From the NCBI GenBank assembly GCA_023231475.1, contig JALJEE010001888.1, positions 1-47,731 on the forward strand: DNA of 47,731 nucleotides. The letters are read 5' to 3'. This DNA comes from Seison nebaliae (lineage: Eukaryota). The notes under the pieces were generated by a model that saw only the letters and a program-made list of their open reading frames with translations, did not search any database and was not told where the DNA came from. A program made the position numbers and the translations under genes. Positions within the stretch are counted from its first letter, which is position 1. Every line of letters starts with the position of its first letter. Shown one piece after another: positions 36,639 to 47,731 of the stretch.

Positions 36639-39029
36639 TTAATGAATGAATGGATTATTTATGATCCTGAAATGGAGATAAATGAATAATGGAGAATAAG
36701 TGAGAAAATCGAGGAAATCAAAATTCATATCATTCTTATTAATCACTTTCAATTTTCTTCCCGCTTCTCGCATTCGTCCTTCATCTATTCCACCGGCCTA
36801 ATTTTGATGATTCAGAAAAATAAAATAATTTCAAAAATAATTTTTATCGATTTATTCTCAGATGAAAAAACAATTCCTTCTAACTTTCAAGTCGACGAGT
36901 ATATCGTCAATAGACAGAGTCGTCGTTCCATCACAACCATTTCTCATAATTAAATATTCCCATAATTGCCGAAGTTCAAATGTTTTCATTTCTAACGACT
37001 TCAAATCGAATGCTGGCAGCACATTCAGAATAGAGAATAGTCCCATTTCTTCATTCAACCAAGGTATCCTTCTCGCTAATGCCGCTATTATGTGGAACAA
37101 TCGTCGAGAAATATTCTTTTCATAATTCTTCTCCAACTCACCTTCATTCCTTTGCGAATAGTTTAATAGACACAAATTTCCATTAGAAATTAAGGAACTT
37201 GTTTTTTGATGAATCTTCGAAAGATATTTGGAAAATATCTCGGAAAGTTTCCGATGTCCTCTTCGTGATGTTCATGATACGAAGTATTCGTAAAAGGTAA
37301 TCCATATCTGAATTCGACATAGCTATCAAAAAAATGTAAGCTTCAATAATTCAAAATGAAAAATGGAAAAAAACCATAAAATTTTTTTAAGGCCGATAAT
37401 GTTCTTTCTAAAGATATAAGTTTGTTTCCTTTCGATATTCTATCATATTGACCGTTCAATACACGAACATCGTTCGCGTCTTTGAATATACAATTTTTCA
37501 ACAACCAATCGATATTATTCACATCGTCCTGTATAAGAGCCGTTTCATTATCACTTTCAACTGGAGATTTCTCATCTTTTGTCGGTTGTTTTTGTTTCGA
37601 TATTTTTCGTTCTTCATAATCTTCTTCAATTATTTCCTCTTTTTTTTCGGAAATAAACGATGAAAAAATATCAGTTGTCGATTTCAAATTATCGAGATCT
37701 TTTCTCGTTCTGTTAGGAATATATTCGTTCCTGATAATTCGGGTATTATTCTGACTAACATTGTTTGAACGTGTCTCTTCCATTAATGGCGGATTTGGTA
37801 TTGATTCACTATCTGAATTTTTTTCATTGCAAGGAATTATTTGCAGTGAAGTAGAATTTTTCACATCTGGTGGTTCAATTAAAAATGAAATCTCTCTTGA
37901 TATTAGATCATTATCATAATTCACAGAATTATTTTTTACTGTTTCCTTTATCGGCAGGTATGAGTGCAAGGAAATATTTTTGCGTTGTTTTTTCAGTTTC
38001 CGAGTTTGGAAAGATTTTGGTTCTTCATATTGGAAATAATTTATAATTTTCCTTCTTTTGAAAGTATTTAAAGTTTTTTCGCGCATTTTATTTTCCGTCG
38101 ATATATTATCGTTCTTTTGGAGATTGTTCCGTTGTGGAAGATCGTTCGCAGTGTATAATTTTTGACAATCCAATTTAAAGGAATTTTTATTTGTTGAGAA
38201 ATTAGAAAATCCTCTAATTCCCCCTTTCCGAAGTTCATCGGGTGACTGAAAATTCATCAAGTTTCTTGAATAATTGTTCAATGTAAAATCATTCGGGTGA
38301 TTCATTTGAACTTTCGAAAGGAATGGGGTACTGACTGATCGTAATTTATGGAAATCATCAGATGATCGAAAACAATTGTTTATATTTAAAACATTATCCG
38401 TTATCTCATCATACTGCAAGAAAAAAATTTTAGCGAATATTTCAAAATTCAAACTGATTTATTATCGTAATATTTCAAATACGATGACATTGAATTGGAG
38501 TAAAGCGTTTTGGTAATTTCTGGATGTCCCTTATAGATTAATTCACCGTTAATTTCTATAAAAAATTTGTCAGTTTGAGAAGTTGTTGGAAGAAGATTTC
38601 GATTGTCCATCTTCAACGATGTCCTTCCATCTCGTCCATCTAAAATTGAAATGATAAAATTGAGAGAATCGAAGAAAGACAGAACATACAGATGAAATAT
38701 GAGAAGTTGCATATGAATTGAAATTACGTTTTCTCTAACAAATTCATTCAGTGGAATTGATTAATAAAATGATGAACTTTCCATTTGTGATAGGAGAGAA
38801 TTTCGTCTGAGAACTCATCAACATAATCCGTTAGTTTCCCGAACAAATGAGCGAATATTTCCCAGTTCTGGTTGAATGAAGAGATTCTGATAAGTTCACG
38901 TTCAGATTCTTCGAATAAATCATATTTCTGTGAATAAGTCAAATCTCCTTTCTTTTTATACCAGATTGTATTCTTATCAATTTGGTTATTTCGTTTAGAT
39001 TCTCGATATTCAAAGACATTATAACTCAT
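36639..39029 (-). CDS. Uncharacterised protein with degenerate EF-hand-like C-terminal region, about 7 exons
   Basis: Six GTT..AG introns join ORFs 38748, 38449, 37343 and 36858 and a last exon (LK|AGGIDE..DFLDFLTYSPLFIYLHFRIINNPFIH*). The C-terminal helix-loop-helix pattern looks EF-hand-like. Confidence 0.65.
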
Positions 39030-40030
39030 CGTCCTTCAATTTCAGTAGTTAATAATAATTGTTCTCCACTAATCTACTAATATTAAATTGAGTTTATTCA
39101 ATAACCAATTAGTGTTAGTTTAATTTGAATTTTATTATTATTCAAATCTTATAATATTAGAAGAATAAAACTATAAAAATAATCTTCTAAAGTAGAAGAA
39201 AATTTCTTTTCCAAGTTTGTCAAGACGTAAATATTTTACAGTCAAGAAATTCATTCGATTGGAAGACATTTCTATCAATTATTCTCAGTGATTGAAGTTT
39301 ATTTTTATTATTTATCAAAATCCAAATAAACAAACAAACCGAAATATGGATTATAGTCCAATTTTGTGTATAGACTTTATTAATGATCAAATTTAACTTT
39401 CGAATTTACCTTCTAGTCAATCTCCAACGATTACTTACTTACACTTATAAGTAATCCCGTTATTTTTATAACGATAACTAATCGTTAACTTGTAAGTTGT
39501 ACTTCATTACTTCTTCCAGAATCTTCAGCCAAACATCGTCACTCTTAAAACTTTTTAATAAATTCTTTTATTTCTCTTTTTTGAGGCATATCAAATTAAA
39601 ATCGAATGACATAATTAATCCGAATTAATTTAATACGAAATTGAATATTTTAATTAAAAAACTGACATTATTAAATTTTATTTGCGTCTCAATTTTAATT
39701 ATTAGTTCCCGACAAATATCTGGTGTTTCCTCGTTGTTGATAATTCCATTGAATATTGACAATTTCTTAAGTGGAACAGACTGTAAATTTGTTGGAATTG
39801 GACAATTTTGTATAATTAATCCTATTAAAGTTAATATTTTTTTTTTATTTTAAGTTAATAATCCCCTCGGGGTAATATATTTTTTTTTAATTTTTTTTTT
39901 TCCAGAAAATGTTATTGCATTTGAATTCTTTCTTGAAAAAAAAAAGAAACAAAATATCGCTTAAAAATATAAATAAACTAAATTTTCCATAATCAAATAG
40001 ATTTAAAATATTCTTTTCTTCCTTCCACCA

Positions 40031-40693
40031 TTAGCCAGAGGCCAAATTATTCTGATCTTCCAAATCTTGATCGACTTGAGTCTTTGCTTTGACAGGTTCT
40101 GAGGCAGATACTGATGGTAACAGATCCGTCACATTATCAGCAATATCCAACATCTTTTCATTGATTTCTTCTTGTTCCATTTCTTCCAATTCCGCCAACA
40201 GTTCATTATCGTCTGCATCAATTTTCCTATTCATCGGATTGGAAATCGCATCGTTTATCTCTTCTAGGGTCCTATGTTGTTCTTGGATATCATCCATCAA
40301 CTCCTGTACATTGTCGACTCCACTCAATTCTTTGTGAGTTCCTTTCAAAGCCTTTGCACCTTGTTGCATCGCTTTCAACACTTCAGCATTGGAATTTGCA
40401 TTCTCTAAACAATCTCTCTGATATTCTAATGTGGCTATTGTGCCATCGATTTGGTTTAATTGTGATTCATATCGTTTCTTTCGTTTTAATGCCGCCAATG
40501 CTCCTCTTTTATTTTCCGTTCCATATTGTTTCGCATTCTTTAATTCATCGTCAATTTTTGTTTCTAATAATTCCGTCTTTTTCATCAACGTATCCTCCAC
40601 ATCTCTGAAACGTTCAATAGCCTCTTGAGGTGACGGCTCTTTCCCATCTTTCGATTTTCCAAATATCCGATCAAATAATGAAACTTTTACCAT
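40031..40693 (-). CDS. CHMP4: ESCRT-III CHMP4/Snf7/Vps32 family protein, single exon
   Basis: SLFDRIFG, PSPQEAI, NKRGALAALKRKKRYESQLNQIDGTIATLEYQR, LMDDIQEQ..EINDAISNP and DDNELLAELEE. Confidence 0.93.
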   Translation of the reverse strand: MVKVSLFDRIFGKSKDGKEPSPQEAIERFRDVEDTLMKKTELLETKIDDELKNAKQYGTENKRGALAALKRKKRYESQLNQIDGTIATLEYQRDCLENANSNAEVLKAMQQGAKALKGTHKELSGVDNVQELMDDIQEQHRTLEEINDAISNPMNRKIDADDNELLAELEEMEQEEINEKMLDIADNVTDLLPSVSASEPVKAKTQVDQDLEDQNNLASG

Positions 40694-41265
40694 TTTGCGA
40701 TAATTGGAAGTTTTAAAAAGTTTTTCAAATAAAAAATTGTTTGTCTATCAGTTAGTAGTTCGTTTGTTAAAAGACTCAATTCGCTTAGTACTAATATTAG
40801 TCGCTGATTGACAAGGTCAAATTTTATCGTAGAAGTCAAAATAGAAATTAATTGTTCAATCAGGCAAAAAATATGCAGTGTATTTTTCTTCTAACGACAC
40901 CAGTATATCGGAAGATGAATTTGATTCATAAATATAACGAACTATAAAATTCAAAAGAGAAACTTTCAAAATCTTTTGGAATGAACTAACATGAACTTTA
41001 AGAAAACGTGGTCATAATTAAATATTTATCAATCACTTCCTTACATGAATTATCGTGTAACTACACATCTACACCGTAGGGCTGGGGGAATGATCCATGT
41101 AGTACACCGTTACATTTGATTTATTGTGGAAAATTTCTTATTTGTTTAAATGATTTTTCACTCCCTGTCCTTTTGATGTTATATCAGTCCAATTATCGCC
41201 TATCAGTTTTCCCTCTGTAACGAATTCTCCCATTCTATGGATTGTTTGTCTATTTGGAAATCTAT

Positions 41266-41279
41266 GTTGTCATAGTAAC
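41266..41279 (+). promoter_or_regulatory. RFX X-box GTTGTCATAGTAAC
   Basis: Matches GTTNYYATRGNAAC, 86 bp upstream of the RGS22-like ATG. Confidence 0.7.
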
Positions 41280-41364
41280 GACAATCGGTCAACCAGTTGA
41301 TAAATTGGTGCTTCATTTTTCATCAACTAACAAGCTAAGTATATCGGTTAACTCGCAATCCGAA

Positions 41365-44300
41365 ATGTCTGGAAATCTTCAATTGGAACTTGAGGTCGAT
41401 GAATTATTATTGGAATATTTTAATTATTATTTAAAATCTCCTGTTATCTTCAACGTTTTTTAAATAATCAATAATTTTAATTTTCAGAGTTTACCAATAG
41501 TCGTCGAATATGATAAGGTCAAGAATAACATACAACTGACAACCAACACAACTTTATCATCCGAAATTACAATATGTCAATATGAAGAACAGAAGTTGAC
41601 TGAGTTATTGAATGGATTAAGTAATTCTACAAATGTCACAAGAAGTCATTTCCCACTACCACACTTTCTAAGGTTGGATGGTCAGAAACCGCAAACAAAT
41701 TCGACAAATAATCAAGTCACTTCGGTCGATATCGAATATAGAAACTCGAATTTGTTCGAATGGTTAAATTGTGAACGATTTAATTTTTTCATCAAGTTTC
41801 CCGACTTCTCTTTGTCTTCTTCCATAATAAATTTAAATAGAACTGAACTCTATCGAGAGTATTTACTTTGTCAGAATTTATTGGCACCAACAACAAAACC
41901 AAAATGTTATTCAACTTCTGCAAGATTGAACAATGACACGTATCGACAATTATCTAGTCGTCTTTTAGGCGGAAGAAGTTACACAGGTTAACCATTTTAA
42001 CCTCCATCTTAATATCATTTTTGTTTTCATTTTATTTTTTTAAATTTCCATTTTATTTTTTTTAAATTTCCCTTTTAATTTCATCTTATCTTCCATCAGA
42101 ATTAAGTTTTACAACTGATTTGATTGATAAGCAAACAACTTCGAGGACTAAGGGACTTCATTCAAATAATAAAAACAAAACCAAATCAGCCATAATCGAT
42201 AGAGAAAACGGTTTTAAATTTTTTTAAATGATACAATTTAAACTTTTTGATAGATGACAGAAGAGTAAAATCGAATAGTTCCTCTTTTATTAGTTGGACA
42301 AAATTCCAACACAAATACACCAAGTCCAAGAATATTCCTTGGACCATTCTAATGAAAGAAATTAATCCATCGTTTAGTCAATTCTAATAGATATTTGAGA
42401 ATATTTATTTGTAGAAATGAATCGAATGAAAATTATCAAATGGACGTTGAAGCGTCAAAGAAGAATTTACAACGAAAAATTCTGGAAGAGAACCATGAAA
42501 AATTTATCGGAAATGTTATATCTTTCTTATTTCATTTAATTTTATTCTTCAATTATCAGTTAAATGGAATGAAACGTTTCGTCAAGTATTTGCGAAACAC
42601 GAGTGGAATTTATTTATATCAATTTTGGATGGATGTTGAATTCTTTAAACAAACCATGAAAATTTTCGATGACATACCACAAATGCCTAGTCGTGCTAGA
42701 GATTTAAGGTTTCCATCATTTTCTTTCATAATTTTTTCTTTTTAACGAATTTTTTAGACGAATATTTTTTCTATTTTCTCATGTATTCGACGAGAAAACA
42801 TGGAATGCATTAACAGAATTCTTCCAAGAGAATAACTATGAAATTCGACATAACATTCTCAACGACGTTCAATATAACATTTTACGACGACTTCGTAGTT
42901 ATTGGGTTCCACGATTCATTCTCAATGAGATGACATCGAAAGAATTCGAATCGATTAATTTCGCTCATCAAATCAATTTAGTCCTAGAAGATTTTGATAA
43001 GAAAATGATAGAACCAATCTCGACCATTATACATGACGACCAAATGGAATTATTTGATGATATCGATATCTTCAAAAACGAAAATAAAACACAATTTTCT
43101 AATCGATTGCCACAATACTTCATCAACATGGCCATTTGTGGTGATATGGATTATGGTGCACCATTTTTAGAATATGTTTGTCTGTTAGTTTAAAATTTTC
43201 AATTTTTTTTCAGTTTTCTTTCCTTTAGACAACATTCGGATAAATGTATGGCGATACTTCTGTTTTGGATGGATACGATTCGTTTATATAAGGACTGGTA
43301 TCGATTAAGTGATGATGTTCGATTAGAACAATGTTGGGCGATGTATCATACATATCTGGATATCAGGAGTAATCTCTATTTGAGTTTGGAGTGAATTATT
43401 TAAAAATTTTTTTTGATTGTTCTTTTGAAATTGATTAGATTTTGATTTGAATGAGAATCATAAAATTCGAAATTTATTAATGAATGTGAAAGAAAATAAG
43501 AAAACAGATATTTCACAACGATTCGATGAAAAAAGGCGATCTCTAATATCGAAATATAGCGAAGGAAAATATCAATCGATTGACAATACTGTGAAATTTT
43601 CGAAAACTAATAGTCGCAGACCGTCATTGACTATAACTAGAGAGATTCAAAAGAACGACGATTATGAGGAGAAAGTGAATGAACGAAGAGTCCGAGAAGA
43701 ACAATTGAAACGATCGATGGATAAATGTGGAGATATTGAGGAGAATAAGAATGTTTTAGATATCAACATATTTTCCTATTATCGTAATACAATTTTATTA
43801 CCGATTGTGAAGATGTTGTGGCTGAATTATGTGAAGTATGATATCATTAAATATCGAATGTTTATTTGTTGAATATTTATTTATAAAATTTCTCTATTCT
43901 CTTCGATTTTAGTGCGGTCATCAATAGTTGCATTAGATTGTTGAAGAATTATGGGAATAAAGTTTTCGCGAACAAAGTTCAATTTTCCCATTGAGATTTT
44001 GAGATTTGATGTTTTTATCGTTCCAGAATGAAAGTGAGGGGGAGAAGAACGGTGAAATGTTCAGTATTCAAGACAATAAATTAAGGGAACTTATCGTACA
44101 GACATTGCAGCCCCAATTGCGATATGAACGACAACAACTTATTCTCAATTGTGATAGTATGGAAAGGTCGGTGTAATAATATGTCATAAAAGATCTTTCA
44201 TAGTCTTCTACCGAATTCTCTTCATTTTCAATTTATTCCTATTAAGTTTAATGGAATATGCTGAAGAACTGATCTCGATCGACCATCCTGTAGTAACGAC

Positions 44301-47174
44301 AGTTGTTACGAACAATTCAAAGAAGGTGAAATTAAGCGAAGGAAAAATTGAAAAGAAACGACGTCTGACTGAAGATGAACGACTGGAACGGAAGAAGTTT
44401 TATGAGTTTATGGATAAACAAAGAAAGAAAGTTTCACATTAAAGAAAATTATTCATAAATTTTCAAATTTGTAGACTGTTCGAGCGGTTCTCTCTCGTCA
44501 GAATGCTGATCGGAATAAGGCGAAATTGAAGAAATTAGCAGAACGAAAGAATCAAGAGAAGAATGATGATAATAGTGAGACGATAAGAGAAGAGATTGAA
44601 GAGACGATTGATGAAGAGATGGTAGAATTGAATCGAAGGAAGAAAATCGAACAAAAATTCGACAGTTATTTAAGTAATGACGGGTTAATATGCTTCTGAT
44701 TCCGAATAATCCGAAATTGATCCGAATTCCTTAACAAACAATTTCCATCAATTAGTTTATTTCAATTGATGGTGAATGAATTTTCAAAAAATAAACAACG
44801 TCAAACTTTCGTACCTCCATTACAATTCGTCAAACAGACTAATCAGCTAACAAATAGTAAATTAAAAGTTATTTGTCCATTATTATTTATATTTTTGTAA
44901 TAAATTTTATCCATATTTTATTTTGGATTGATCATTAACTGTTGAATTGAAATATTGTGAATGAAATAGAATAAAAAACAAAAATTTTCAAAACTTTCAA
45001 CCACATTCCTCAGCGGGAAAGCAGCTAGTCGTCTCAAAATGATATTAGACAAAAAGGAACAAATTGTATTTGGTGAACATTTGAAACAAGCACAATTATC
45101 GATGCAACCGGCTTTCATACAACTGTCCAACTTACTCCGAGACAAAGTAACACCAGTTTTTGAAGTTCAACAAGCCACTTAATTTATGGTTTTGTATTTG
45201 CCCTTTTTCCAGGATTTTTATTCAGATGAAGCAAATAGAACGGGAAATGATGGTGAAAATTTCAGAAAATTTTTAGATTTATCCACCGATGAATTGATTA
45301 ATAAATATACAGAATCAGGAATACCAATTTTCAATGAAAATGATAAGCAAACGGATAATGAGGACGCATTTGATGTTAACATAATTATCGAAGTTACTTT
45401 CAAATTTAACGTCAAAAAATGAAGAATAATAATAATATATTTAGCCATGTACGAATGGAAAGAAGACACCAAATGATCTTGATAAGAAGAATTTCGTCAG
45501 TTTATTAGAAACGGTTGCTACTGGAGGTATAAATTTAAAGCAGAAAATTACATCTTCTTTCGACTTGTCAATGATGACGGACAATAAGGAGATAACGGAA
45601 GAACGTAAAACATTATTCCGAAATTATCAACATCAATACTCTCATTATTTGGCATTTCTCAGCAACATCTGTGGTGAAGTGATTCATAAGAAGAATACAG
45701 GAAATAGTTCAAACGCATCTCAACAACAACAACAACAACAGCAAATTGCTCAATCGATTGTTAATCAAAGTCGTCGTCAATCGACATTGACTTCTAATGA
45801 TAGTTTGACGGTAAATGGGACAAAAGAATTTGGAATTGATATACCGTATGGTAGACAATTATTTGAAGCGCTTCCAATTTTGAAGAAACGGAGTCCGTAT
45901 GGTCATAAAATGGAGAGAATTCTAGGAATCAACGGAATTGAACCAATGCAACAGGAAGTAGCTGAAACTAAATTGATGGTTCCAAACCATTTGGACGATT
46001 TGGCGAAAGCATTAACGGCAAAAGGAAAGAATATCAGTTCAACGTTAAAAAAGAAAGATCCAGAAATCGAATTAATTTTTCCTTCAATTAATTGTTCTAT
46101 TCGAAATTCAAATAACGAAAATCTTCCATGGTTGGACAACGATCTAAAGTTTTATGTGGAATTACTTCGATTCAAAGTTTAAAAATTTTAATTTTAACAA
46201 TTTTTTTATTCAATTTTTAAAAAAATTCAGGAAATTTGTCATCCTAAATCGAATGTGGAATTGAATCGAGCGAAAGCATTATATCTAATTGATTCATTTC
46301 TCAATTGTAAAGTATTCATTCCACCAGCCATGCAATTAGATATTCCGGTTGATATCGGAAATCGATTGATTAAAAATCTTGAAAAGTTTCATATTTTCTT
46401 CTTTTCCCTTAAAATTTTTCATAATTGATGATTGATAGATATTCAAATCAATTACATTCCGGTGAACATACAAGTAGCACAACAGGAATTGGTTCAAGTT
46501 CAACGTCGGCCGTTCAACCACGTTCCTCCAAAGGTGGTCGAAATACTCCGTCGGCAAGAATGGGCGGAAATAGTGCCCAAGTGCCTTGTCCAATGTGTTT
46601 GAATAAAGATCAATTACAAGTAATTGATGATTGTCTATTACATATACTCACATTATTGTTACCATATTATTCTTGTTTCCATCAGTACTACAGGAAAGAC
46701 TACAATCGATTTTACGATAATAAATACGCAGGTTCTTTCTAAATTGTTTATTTTTTGTATTAGATTTTTTCGAAAATAGTCACCAAAAGACAAGGAAGAA
46801 TTCTGCAACGTTACAAATTCTATGATACTGATGATCAACAACCTCTGGAATATTCGATTGATGATTTGAGAATTAATATAAATGATAAATCTGTTCCAGT
46901 AGCGAATTTACCTTTACCCGATAAGAAACGGTCAGATTCGAGACAAAAGGATCAAAATAAATATTCGAATGCACCACTTAAGATGACTCTTCTTAGTGAT
47001 CCGAATTCACTTCCACCGATAATGGAGAGTCCACGACCATCAAACACTAGTAAACAAGCAAGTCGAAACAACGCCTCAATAAATCTACATTTTTCACTCG
47101 TCTCCGGATTAACGGTGAAGAAGGCGAATACTCAATCATTTACTAACCAAAATAATATGGAAATTAAAACATGA
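41365..47174 (+). CDS. RGS22: RGS22-like regulator of G-protein signalling (RGS22/RGSL1 family), about 21 exons
   Basis: DELLLEYFNYYLKSP, WL..ERF..F.K|TELYREYLL, F.KYLRNTSG..LYQFWMDVE, RLRSYWVPRF, LLFWMD, NDLKFYVELLRFK and KALYLIDSFLN..IPPAMQLDIP (RGS22 has IPPALQIDIP). About 20 short introns keep one frame to TGA 47174. Confidence 0.78.
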
Positions 47175-47620
47175 ACTCTCTTTCCTATTATACCAAATTA
47201 AATATTCTCATAATTATCAATTTTATTTTTATTTTTAATATTAAATGTAGTAATTGATCCACACATCAAGAAAGTCACAAAATTTTATAGTATGAATCAT
47301 TTATGATCATTTAAGGTGATCGAACGATTTCCAATACATTCTATATGGACAAATATTGTATAGATTTTAGTTTCTATTTAGAATTTTCAAATTAGTAAAA
47401 GTTTTAAAAAATTATTCTTTAGCTGACGATGAACCTTTTCAAAATTTTTTCATAATTTAATTTAAATAGATATTTATTGTTCTTCATCTAATTTGAACCT
47501 TAAAATCCTACTCTGACAATTGTGAGAAAATTTCCTACGAAAACCAGTTTATACAGCGTATATATTACTTCAAATTACTTGAGATCACTTCAAAAAAAAA
47601 GACATTGCATTTAAATTTAT

Positions 47621-47665
47621 AATTGGAAGATATAAATTGGAAGATATAAATTCGAAGATATAAAT
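47621..47665 (+). repeat. 14-bp tandem repeat x3 (aatt[g/c]gaagatata)
   Basis: Read directly from the sequence. Confidence 0.85.
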
Positions 47666-47731
47666 CTCTTTTTTAATATGTCTATGGATATTAATACATT
47701 GTTTAATAATTCTGATGATGGGGACGACGAA

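Noticed and set aside
3683..40693. Apparent cluster of trafficking/ESCRT genes (GOPC, GOSR2, USP8, NPC2, CHMP4)
   Set aside because: They are interspersed with unrelated genes and belong to a broad functional class; there is no evidence of a functional cluster beyond the USP8-GOSR2 adjacency.
30252..47174. Fragmented ORFs as evidence of stop-codon reassignment or pseudogenes
   Set aside because: Every break is resolved by a short AT-rich GT-AG intron, and TAA, TAG and TGA all serve as true stops in the window.

Overview
AT-rich, very compact animal (invertebrate) genomic DNA using the standard genetic code, with short (mostly 40-75 nt) spliceosomal introns, so most ORF-track entries are exon fragments or antisense shadows. 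I assembled about 21 protein-coding genes by hand. Recognisable ones: katanin p60, a Reeler protein, GOPC, a MECOM/PRDM16(EGL-43/Hamlet)-type zinc-finger gene, GOSR2, USP8, NPC2, a THAP protein, AK7, a Kunitz inhibitor, a two-EF-hand protein, a CFAP97-domain protein, CHMP4/Snf7 and RGS22-like. There are also several orphans (including a ~1,800-aa protein with 13 x 45-aa repeats and a secreted prepropeptide), a tRNA-Arg(TCT), a decayed FLYWCH/Mutator fragment and RFX X-boxes before ciliary genes. The most striking signal is the splicing code: about 61 of about 66 hand-inferred introns begin GTT, none begins GTAAG/GTGAG, and +5G and -1G are mostly absent. This holds even at apparently ancestral intron positions and suggests rewired 5' splice-site recognition. 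The organism cannot be determined from the window; a compact-genome spiralian such as a seisonid rotifer is only a guess. All exon boundaries are manual inferences.
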